A DNA stretch of 40,000 nt from Marinobacterium mangrovicola. Lineage in GTDB: Bacteria; Pseudomonadota; Gammaproteobacteria; Pseudomonadales; Balneatricaceae. Of the stretch, positions 25,976 to 33,074 are shown piece after piece (the stretch's first letter is position 1; the number at the start of each line of letters is the position of its first letter). The notes beneath the pieces were generated by a model. It saw nothing but the letters and a program-made list of their open reading frames with translations, was not told the origin of the DNA and searched no databases. The DNA is taken from NCBI RefSeq assembly GCF_004339595.1, contig NZ_SMFU01000007.1:578658-618657 (forward strand), given 5' to 3'. Made by a program: the position numbers and the translations under genes.

Positions 25976-26449
25976 ATGAGATATTTACTGATACTTCTCG
26001 CGTTGATTTCATCCCAAGCTAATGCAGGTGTTGATCTAGTACGGGTCGATAAGTCCGAGAGGAAAATGTATCTGTTGTCTGGCGGGGAAATAGTAAAGGA
26101 GTACCATGTTGCACTTGGCGCTAATCCTAAGGGGCCCAAGCAACAAGAGGGTGATGAGCGGACGCCGGAGGGTGACTACACCTTAGATTACAAGAAGGAA
26201 GATTCATCATTCTATAGAGCAATGCATATAAGCTACCCAAATCAAGAAGATATGGCGAATGCTGAGGAATTAGATGTTCCTCCAGGTGGGTTTATCATGG
26301 TCCATGGTCAGCGTAACTGGCTAGGATGGCTTTCTCCAGTTTCGCAGCGCTTCAATTGGACAAATGGGTGTATTGCACTGACGAACGATGAAATGGATGA
26401 GTTCATGGATCTGGTTAATGTCGGTACAAAAATTGAAATTAAGTGGTAA
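25976..26449 (+). CDS. Cassette 16, gene a: exported L,D-transpeptidase (YkuD domain, YafK-like)
   Basis: Signal peptide MRYLLILLALISSQANA. YkuD catalytic region MVHG...WTNGCIALTNDEMDEF (His ... Cys). The RTPEGDY motif is also present. Confidence 0.85.
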   Translation: MRYLLILLALISSQANAGVDLVRVDKSERKMYLLSGGEIVKEYHVALGANPKGPKQQEGDERTPEGDYTLDYKKEDSSFYRAMHISYPNQEDMANAEELDVPPGGFIMVHGQRNWLGWLSPVSQRFNWTNGCIALTNDEMDEFMDLVNVGTKIEIKW

Positions 26450-26505
26450 TCCATATAAAAATCGATGAAAATTATTCAGCTACTCTGACAGGGACGTCAA
26501 AAGCT

Positions 26506-26901
26506 ATGCAAGAAAAGTTTGTTTACGTATTCTCGGGGGAGTTTGAAGATATTGACGCAGCCTGCCTCTACTCTCAGCCTCAATGGGAGCCAGAGCCAGA
26601 TGAATCAGTTTCTGATGAAGAGTACGCAGCTTGGGAAGATCGGAATCCATCCCATCAACTACGAAAGAATATCGACTCATATTTGGATGAAGATTTCATT
26701 GAAACTGTCGATTTAGATTTTCAATACCTTTCCAGCATAGGAGTTGCGGCCTCCGATATAGCTCATATCAAAGAGAATATTGTTGGGGCGAACGTACTTG
26801 TGTTGGTTTATGAGCAGGCTTTAGGTGGCTTTTCTTTAAAAGAAAAACCCGTTTCCAATTCGTCGTTAACTTATTGTGGCCAGTTCAACTTCAAACTTTA
26901 A
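26506..26901 (+). CDS. Cassette 16, gene b: acidic cytoplasmic protein, Imm22-like
   Basis: No attC separates it from gene a. VYVFSGEFEDID...SYLDEDFIETVD...ANVLVLVYE resembles the Imm22 immunity-family pattern as I recall it. The start is uncertain (ATG at 26506, or GTG at 26443 overlapping the upstream stop). Confidence 0.5.
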   Translation: MQEKFVYVFSGEFEDIDAACLYSQPQWEPEPDESVSDEEYAAWEDRNPSHQLRKNIDSYLDEDFIETVDLDFQYLSSIGVAASDIAHIKENIVGANVLVLVYEQALGGFSLKEKPVSNSSLTYCGQFNFKL

Positions 26902-26986
26902 CGCATAATAATCAATTGTAGTCACCCGCAAGCAGGCTGGGACCTCTACTGCTATGTAGCTCCAACCCCTTAATTGAGCGTTAATT
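26896..26986 (+). repeat. attC 16 (last recognisable attC)
   Basis: CTTTAAC...GTTAATT. Complementary arms are GCATAATAATCAATTG / CTTAATTGAGC. Confidence 0.7.
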
Positions 26987-27509
26987 TCAAACGAGTATCG
27001 ATCAATATATGAGCGATTTGGGCGATCTTAGTTTTAGAAACTCGGATCAGAGTCCTATTTCCTCTACTCCATTACGATGGATCCTTGGACTTAGCTGCTG
27101 AACTAATGGGTTCTAAAGCTGCGCGGGCGTATCAACCTGATGGGGTCGCTAAGAAGATCGCCACTGAATCTGACTGGCTTACTAAGCCAGTGCAACTCCG
27201 CCGTAAAACTGAGCCAGTCGCGGCTCGCTGCGGCCAGCGAGCTCATTCCCATCACTCTGTCATCTGTTGCCCCCTGGCGATCTATAATCTGGGAGCGTGA
27301 TGGAAATCTTGCTCCCGAGAACAGGCGATCTATACGGGCGCCGTTACACGGCTACCTTGCTAGCCTCCGCTGAGCTCGATTGAGCTATAGAACCCTCAAC
27401 GCAAGGTTATAAGGACAGGATTATCGAAACTCAGCTGATGCCAAACTGCGGTGAATTGCATTCGGGCTAGCGGATAACCACAAGGAAAGTGTCTGAGTAG
27501 GGGCCTGGG

Positions 27510-29045
27510 GTGAATAGCAAAGCAAACCCAATATTTGACAAGGTCTGCGTGATTTTCGTCAGCGTGCTTGTGGGCCTGGCAACCTATTACACCAGCTACA
27601 CCCTGTTAAAAGGGGACTTCCAGTTGCTGCTTCAACACCAGGCTAGCGCGAGTCTGAATCAGATAGAAGTGGTCGCCGACGATGTATTGTCGACACTCGA
27701 TACGCTCAATGCGCGCAAAGCCGACAGCAACCAGGATTGCGATGCCGATACCCTGCTTGAGATGCGACAGGCGATGTTTGTGTCTGCCAATATCAAGGGC
27801 GTCAGTTTTGTAAAAGATGGCTATTTGATCTGCAGCGCCGCTTTAGGACGGCTGGAGCAAGCCGTACAGATTGAAGAGCCGGATTTTACTACCGAAAGTG
27901 GCGCTGCTGTCTGGATCGATGTGCCGATCCGGCTGACTGATCAAGAGCTTCAGGCGATGGTTATCCAGTCCGGTAGTTTCAGCGGGGTTATCCATCGTGA
28001 TTTTCTGGAGCACCTGGTTGGTCTTAATACAGCCTGGCGCCTTGATGTAGCGGAGGGGTTCACCAGTCGTCTGGAAGACGGCCTCGTTGCCGCAGGGCCT
28101 GCGCGCACACCGAGTAAAGCATTCAAAGTACACGACTGCATAGAGACCCTGCCGTTCTGTATCACAATCTCCGCGACTAACCTGTTTTTCCACCAGCAGT
28201 ATTACCAGGCCCTGGTTGGCTGGGTCGCCGTTTCTTTTTTATTGGCACTGTTCAGTGCGTTGGGCGTTTCCAGCTTTATCCGTCGTTACCGTTCCATAGA
28301 GGCGCGGGTAATACGCGGGCTTTCGGCTGGTGCCTTTCGTTGCCTTTATCAACCTATCGTTGAGCTTGCAAGCGGCAAGATTATCGGCTGTGAAGCTCTC
28401 GCGCGTTTTGGAGACGCGAGGGGAGATATTGCCCCCGACCTGTTCATTCCGGTGATTCATTCCAGAAAAAAAACCTGGCCTTTTACGCAGTTGATCATCA
28501 ACCAGATGCGGGATGACCTGGAGTCAATCTCTGCGCTGCCGAAACCGTTTAAGATCAACATCAACTTCTTTGCCCAGGATATCGAGAATGCCCACGTACT
28601 GGAGCTGCTATCCAGCGGTGAGCTGCAACGGGAGGGCATTCAGTATGTGCTTGAGGTGACTGAGAATGAGCGCCTTTCCACGCTGGAGAGCTCAGAGGTA
28701 CTGGTAACCATGGCTGATCATGGTTACCAGATCGCTGTCGATGACTTCGGTACAGGGTATTCCAACCTGAGTCAGATCAGGGATTTTCAATGTAATACCC
28801 TGAAGATTGATCGCAGCTTTATCAGCGCAATGGGTGGTGATTCGGTGCGTTCTACGTTAATCCCGCATATTGTCGATATCGCCGCGAAAATCGGTGCCGA
28901 AGTGGTAGCAGAGGGGATCGAAAACAGCAGGCAGCACCAGGCGCTGGTCGATGTGGGCGTGCATTATGGTCAGGGCTACCTGTTCGGGAAGCCAATGAGT
29001 TTTGAGGAGCTGGTATCGCTTATCGAGGCGCAGAACGAAAGTTGA
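27510..29045 (+). CDS. CSS-motif-domain / EAL-domain cyclic-di-GMP phosphodiesterase (PdeC-like architecture)
   Basis: TM1, a periplasmic-type domain with two Cys (NQDCD ... GYLICSAALG), TM2, then an EAL domain. The EAL domain has YQPIV, GCEALARF, EVTENE, AVDDFGTGYS, KIDRSF, VAEGIEN and GQGYLF. The start is GTG. Confidence 0.85.
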   Translation: MNSKANPIFDKVCVIFVSVLVGLATYYTSYTLLKGDFQLLLQHQASASLNQIEVVADDVLSTLDTLNARKADSNQDCDADTLLEMRQAMFVSANIKGVSFVKDGYLICSAALGRLEQAVQIEEPDFTTESGAAVWIDVPIRLTDQELQAMVIQSGSFSGVIHRDFLEHLVGLNTAWRLDVAEGFTSRLEDGLVAAGPARTPSKAFKVHDCIETLPFCITISATNLFFHQQYYQALVGWVAVSFLLALFSALGVSSFIRRYRSIEARVIRGLSAGAFRCLYQPIVELASGKIIGCEALARFGDARGDIAPDLFIPVIHSRKKTWPFTQLIINQMRDDLESISALPKPFKININFFAQDIENAHVLELLSSGELQREGIQYVLEVTENERLSTLESSEVLVTMADHGYQIAVDDFGTGYSNLSQIRDFQCNTLKIDRSFISAMGGDSVRSTLIPHIVDIAAKIGAEVVAEGIENSRQHQALVDVGVHYGQGYLFGKPMSFEELVSLIEAQNES

Positions 29046-29085
29046 GGTGCCGATAGGGGCCCGCTCTCGCTGTAGGGCCTTTTAT

Positions 29086-29175
29086 GAGAATCGGGCTCCA
29101 CACTCGCTGAGCTGCTTGCTTCAATAGATGGGTGTCAATCACCGTTGTATGCATATCGCCAAGGCTCATCTGCCG
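29086..29175 (-). pseudogene. Relic of an integron-integrase C-terminus
   Basis: The minus-strand translation QMSLGDMHTTVIDTHLLKQAAQRVWSPIL aligns with the intact IntI tail [31 protein letters not shown], with a 2-aa gap and the catalytic Tyr position reading Asp. The nucleotides are also alignable. It is bounded upstream by stop codons. Confidence 0.6.
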
Positions 29176-29181
29176 TCAGGA

Positions 29182-30120
29182 CTACAGGGAGATGGAGCAA
29201 GCAGATAGCGTGGCTTCTACCGTCGTGAGGCGCTGTTGCAGAGGCTCGGTCGCGCTGTTCAAAAAGCTCCGCACTCTGGGTGAAACCAGCCGGTTGTGCG
29301 GCATCACGAATTGAACCGGCAATGGCGCCGGGCCTAAGTCGGGGAACAGGGGGACCAGGGTGCCCCGTTCAAAATCCCGTTGCGCTTGATACGACAATAC
29401 CCGGATTATTCCAAGACCATCGCGGCAGGCCTGCAACAGTGTATCGATCTGATTACAGGTGAATACCGGATTAACTGGCACACTGAGATCGCGGCCATGT
29501 TCGTTAAATTGCCACTGGTTACCAGCGGCCGCAAAGCCAAGCGTTGGTAGCTGGCTTAACTGATCGGGCTGTTCAATCGGCCCATATTTCAGCTGCAGGG
29601 ATTCAAGCAGCGTGGGGCTCGCGCACAGAACCCACTTCACGGCCCCGACAGGCTTGGCAACCAGTGATGAGTCGGCCAACCGTCCTATGCGCAAAGCCAG
29701 ATCAAAGCCTTCCTCAATCAGATCGACGGTACGATCGAGCAAGGTCAGCTCGGCACTCATGGAAGGGTGTTGTTGCAGCCATTGGGTCAGCACCGGGGCA
29801 ATATGCAAGCGACCGAACATGATCGGTGCGGTGATCGCTAACTTGCCTGCCGGGTTGGCCCGCCGGCTGTCGAGCTGGAATTCGGCCGCGTCGATGTCTG
29901 CCAGAATCTGCCTGCAGTGTTGCAGGTAGTCACGTCCCTCATCGGTCAGCGCCAGCCTGCGGGTACTGCGATTTAGCAAGCGCACACCGAGCTGCTTTTC
30001 CAGTTCGGCCAGGCTTCGCACCACCGCAGCGGGGGAGCGAGATAGCTGCTCTGCTGCTGCACTCATGCTGCCGTGATCCACAATCGCCACAAAGGTTGTC
30101 ATGGCCTTGAGCTTATCCAT
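29182..30120 (-). CDS. LysR-family transcriptional regulator
   Basis: N-terminal wHTH (MTTFVAIVDHGSMSAAAEQLSRSPAAVVRSLAELEKQLGVRLLNR). It is divergent from the VOC and GST genes. Confidence 0.85.
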   Translation of the reverse strand: MDKLKAMTTFVAIVDHGSMSAAAEQLSRSPAAVVRSLAELEKQLGVRLLNRSTRRLALTDEGRDYLQHCRQILADIDAAEFQLDSRRANPAGKLAITAPIMFGRLHIAPVLTQWLQQHPSMSAELTLLDRTVDLIEEGFDLALRIGRLADSSLVAKPVGAVKWVLCASPTLLESLQLKYGPIEQPDQLSQLPTLGFAAAGNQWQFNEHGRDLSVPVNPVFTCNQIDTLLQACRDGLGIIRVLSYQAQRDFERGTLVPLFPDLGPAPLPVQFVMPHNRLVSPRVRSFLNSATEPLQQRLTTVEATLSACSISL

Positions 30121-30246
30121 CGCCGTCTGCCCACCGTAAAAATGTATTTGTGCAAAAAACTCAATAAACGTTACAGCTCCGCGACATTTATTGCATTGTC
30201 CGAAAGGCGTTTACTGGGGGCGTCTTCTCGTACTTTGGAGCCCGTT

Positions 30247-30663
30247 GTGAACCCACAAGCTATTCGTGCCTTCGACCATGTCGGAATTCGTGTCAGCGAC
30301 CGTCAGACTGCGGTGGCGTTTTACCAGCAGTTGGGCTTTGAAGAGGTGCGCTGCTTTGGCGCCTATGAAGCCAATGAAATGGAATCGCCGGACGGCGTGC
30401 GCATTAATCTTATTTTCAATGCGAGCAAGGCGCGGTGCGGGCGTAATGCGTTGCTCGACGAGCCGGTCAAATTGCCCGGCGTTACTCACGCCGCGTTTGT
30501 AGTGGATGACCTCCACGCCATGAAAGATTGGCTTGATCAGCAGGGCATCGCCATTACCGAAGGCATTCATCCAATTGGCCCGCGACGCATCACTCTGTTT
30601 ATCCGCGACCCTGACCGTAACGTGCTGGAATTCAATCAGCTGTTGGCTGTGCCTGAGTCGTGA
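30247..30663 (+). CDS. VOC (glyoxalase/bleomycin-resistance/dioxygenase) family protein
   Basis: FDHVGIRVSDRQTAVAFYQQLGF ... GVTHAAFVVDDL ... FIRDPDRNVLEF are paired beta-alpha-beta-beta-beta modules. The start is chosen at GTG 6 nt after GGAG; the track ORF from 30073 overlaps the LysR start. Confidence 0.75.
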   Translation: MNPQAIRAFDHVGIRVSDRQTAVAFYQQLGFEEVRCFGAYEANEMESPDGVRINLIFNASKARCGRNALLDEPVKLPGVTHAAFVVDDLHAMKDWLDQQGIAITEGIHPIGPRRITLFIRDPDRNVLEFNQLLAVPES

Positions 30664-30731
30664 CTGTTAATTTCCCGAGCCGGTGCGATTTAACCACCGT
30701 TAGATAACAATAAAACCCCAAAGGTATTGAA

Positions 30732-31325
30732 ATGAAACTCTACGATCTTGAACTCTCCGGTAACTGCTACAAGGTGCGCCTGCTGGCGGCGCTGATTGGT
30801 GTGGAGCTCGACATCAAGCCGGTCGACTTCCTTGACGGTGCTCACAAACGCTCACCGGTGATCGACCTCAACCCGTTTGGCGAATTGCCGGTGCTAGTGG
30901 ATGGTGAGGTGGTATTGCGCGATTCGCAAGCCATTCTGGTGTACCTGGCGCGCCAATACGGTGGACACCAGTGGTGGCCGGACGGCGCTGCCCAGCAAGG
31001 CGAGGTGATGCAGTGGTTATCGACCGCCGCCAACGAAATATTCAACGGCCCCAATGCCGCGCGACTGGTCGACAAATTCGGCTCTGCCCTGGACAAGGAG
31101 CGCGCTCTGGCCGTCAGTGCTCACATTTTGCCGTTGCTTGAGCAGCATCTGCAGCGCAATGAATGGTTGGCTCTGGATCGTCCGACGATTGCCGATCTGG
31201 CGGTATTCCCTTATGTGGCGCTGGGTTGGGAAGGCGGCTTAACGCTGGAGAACTATCCGGCCATTCAGGACTGGATTGGGCGTATCAAGCAGCTGCCGGG
31301 CTACATTGATATGCCGGGAATTTAG
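30732..31325 (+). CDS. Glutathione S-transferase family protein
   Basis: MKLYDLELSGNCYKVRLLAALIGVELD...NPFGELPVLVDGEVVLRDSQAILVYLA is the thioredoxin-like GST N-terminal domain. A helical C-terminal domain follows. Confidence 0.85.
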   Translation: MKLYDLELSGNCYKVRLLAALIGVELDIKPVDFLDGAHKRSPVIDLNPFGELPVLVDGEVVLRDSQAILVYLARQYGGHQWWPDGAAQQGEVMQWLSTAANEIFNGPNAARLVDKFGSALDKERALAVSAHILPLLEQHLQRNEWLALDRPTIADLAVFPYVALGWEGGLTLENYPAIQDWIGRIKQLPGYIDMPGI

Positions 31326-31679
31326 TAAAGGCTGGCCTGTTGCTATATCGGCTGTGCAATGCAGCCGGTATAGCCAATAACAACTCTGGTTATTTCAATC
31401 GCTTACTGCTTTTTCGTCCCACGCTCGCTACGATGGTTTTACAAATAGATAGGGTAAAGCCCTCAAATGAACCAAGGATGACCCCTGGTTAACCCTGAAC
31501 CTGGCGCAGCACCTAGCCCATCAAAACTCGGTATAAGGCCGGCTTCGCACCCATCAGGGCATTGCCAATCTAGCTCTGTAGATCGAGGTTGCCATCAGCT
31601 TTCCCGCTGGCACGACAGATTGGGTGGTTATTGGCGTAGAAGTGACAGGCAATCAGGGTGTTAGCAGGAAAAGGAACCC

Positions 31680-32216
31680 ATGAATCAAAGCCTCGCAGAT
31701 GAACTCATCAGGATGATGAGCAAAGACCAGCAGGTGTTACAGCAGCTTTTCGACTCCGGCGAGTTGCCCTCCGATGCTTATCATCCCCGGATAAAAGCCC
31801 TGCACCAGGCCAATACCTCCCGACTAAAAGAGATGATCAGCGCGCACGGCTGGCCCGGTATTTCGTTAGTGGGCGAAGAGGGCGCCAAAGCGGCATGGCT
31901 GGTGGTTCAGCATTCTGTTTCAGACCCTGAATTTATGGCGGAGTGTATCGGCCTGCTGGAAGCGGCTGTTGGGCGGTCCGATGTCGCGGGCTGGCAACTG
32001 GCGTTCCTCCAGGACCGGGTATGTACGCTAGCTGGCAAGCCGCAGTATTACGGCACCCAGTTTGATATTGATGAGAACGGGTGGCCGACGCCGTTTCCTA
32101 TCGATGATGCCGCCGGCGTTAATGAGCGCCGTGCACGGCTTGGGCTGAACTCACTTGAGGAGCGCCTGGAAGAGATGACAGAACGGGAGCGGCAACGCCG
32201 GGCCAATGCTGGATAA
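31680..32216 (+). CDS. Hypothetical protein (DUF6624-like)
   Basis: 178 aa. The motifs HGWPGISLVGEEGAKAAWLVVQH and QDRV...GKPQYYGTQF recall DUF6624 proteins. The call is from memory. Confidence 0.5.
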   Translation: MNQSLADELIRMMSKDQQVLQQLFDSGELPSDAYHPRIKALHQANTSRLKEMISAHGWPGISLVGEEGAKAAWLVVQHSVSDPEFMAECIGLLEAAVGRSDVAGWQLAFLQDRVCTLAGKPQYYGTQFDIDENGWPTPFPIDDAAGVNERRARLGLNSLEERLEEMTERERQRRANAG

Positions 32217-32308
32217 GCCAGTTAGCTAAGCTCTTGAGACATTCTTATATCCGTATCGCTGTAACCAGGTGGCCAGCACCCTACGTCTTTGAAATATTGA
32301 GAAACCGT

Positions 32309-32590
32309 ATGTCCAAAGTGATCCTCGAGGGCTATATCGTCGTTCCAGATGATGACCTCGAAGCCGTATCCGCCGAGCTCCAAACCCATATAGCGTTAAC
32401 CCAGGAAGAAGAAGGCTGCCTTCTGTTTCAGGTGACACAGAAGCCCGGCGCCCCGAACGTTTTCAACGTTTATGAGGAGTTTGTCGACCAGTCTGCATTT
32501 GAATTGCATCAGCAGCGTGTAAGGCAATCGGCCTGGGGAGAGATCACCACCAACGTAGAGCGGAATTACACGGTCAGAGAGCAGGATTAG
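32309..32590 (+). CDS. Antibiotic-biosynthesis-monooxygenase (ABM) domain protein
   Basis: About 93 aa with a ferredoxin-like pattern: VILEGYIVVP...EEGCLLFQV.....VFNVYEEFVDQSAFELHQ. This is typical of YgiN-type ABM proteins. Confidence 0.65.
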   Translation: MSKVILEGYIVVPDDDLEAVSAELQTHIALTQEEEGCLLFQVTQKPGAPNVFNVYEEFVDQSAFELHQQRVRQSAWGEITTNVERNYTVREQD

Positions 32591-32596
32591 CTCGGA

Positions 32597-33058
32597 TCAG
32601 GTCGAAGCCTCTGCCCCCGCATTGCTCTCATACGCATCAAGACGCCTCTGCAGGCGGTCAAATGCACCGGCCATTGCCTCCAGCTCTTCATCGCTCAGGT
32701 CGATTAGCAGGGTTTCCTCAAAGCGGCTGAGCTCGGTGCGGATGCAGTCAACGCGGCTTTGCCCGGCCGGTGTCAGAAAGATCTGTTTGGCGCGACCATC
32801 GGCGGCATCGCGTTTGCGCTCTATCAGTCCATCACGCTCCAGTGAGTCGATGATACGAACCAGGCTGGAACCGCCCACCCCCACCCGTAACGCCAGCGCT
32901 TTCAGCGTGATGCCATCTTCGCATTCGCTTAGGTGTACCAGAGGAACCCAGGTGGTATCGGTCAGGCCGATGGACGCCAGGTGTGTTTGCATCACGCGGC
33001 GCCATTGGCGGGCGATCAGCGAGAATTGAAGGCCAAAACGGGCACGGGGAGTCGTCAT
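32597..33058 (-). CDS. MarR-family transcriptional regulator
   Basis: Winged-helix core LTDTTWVPLVHLSECEDGITLKALALRVGVGGSSLVRIIDSLERDGLIERKRDAADGRAKQIFLTPAG. It is the last gene of the FUSC-MATE-MarR operon. The start is taken at the internal ATG (the track ORF runs into the MATE gene). Confidence 0.85.
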   Translation of the reverse strand: MTTPRARFGLQFSLIARQWRRVMQTHLASIGLTDTTWVPLVHLSECEDGITLKALALRVGVGGSSLVRIIDSLERDGLIERKRDAADGRAKQIFLTPAGQSRVDCIRTELSRFEETLLIDLSDEELEAMAGAFDRLQRRLDAYESNAGAEAST

Positions 33059-33074
33059 AGTGGTGATCGCGTAG

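Larger units (their letters stand above)
15461..26986. mobile_element. Sedentary chromosomal integron: intI, putative attI, and at least 16 attC-bounded cassettes
   Basis: An integron-integrase gene is divergent from a one-directional array of short ORFs. Each ORF group is followed by an imperfect palindrome beginning ..TAAC and ending GTTRRRY. The region is visibly AT-richer than both flanks. Confidence 0.9.

Noticed and set aside
25976-26449. L,D-transpeptidase as a T6SS-delivered effector
   Set aside because: It carries a standard Sec signal peptide and closely follows the YafK-like periplasmic enzyme pattern. No T6SS marker or PAAR/VgrG gene is in the window. It is kept only as a low-weight alternative in the findings.
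17379-26986. Regularly recurring palindromic repeats that could be mistaken for a CRISPR array
   Set aside because: The repeats vary in length (about 60-130 bp) and in sequence. They are imperfect palindromes with TAAC/GTT cores and are separated by 0.3-1 kb ORF-bearing units next to an IntI gene. They are therefore attC sites, not CRISPR repeats.
16648-26986. Classical toxin-antitoxin cassettes (RelE/ParE, HigBA, Phd-Doc, GNAT-RHH), which are often found in chromosomal integrons
   Set aside because: I recognised no such toxin or antitoxin sequences. The only GNAT is a small stand-alone enzyme-type protein with no upstream RHH/DUF1778-like partner.
27199-27347. Possible 17th attC (CCGTAAAAC ... 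GTTACAC)
   Set aside because: The terminal motifs are loosely complementary, but the two arms between them show no complementarity to each other. The internal hairpins are local, not an attC-type long stem.
27085-27373. Two overlapping + strand ORFs (71 and 77 aa) after the last attC
   Set aside because: They overlap each other in different frames, start at non-ATG or unsupported codons with no SD, and have Arg/Ser/Ala-rich compositions. The region is treated as structured non-coding DNA.
30664-30715. GTTAATT ... GTTAGAT motifs after the VOC gene that might indicate cassettes beyond the intI relic
   Set aside because: There is no TAAC-type inverse core and no palindromic arms. The flanking genes are GC-rich, have divergent LysR control, and look like ordinary core genes.
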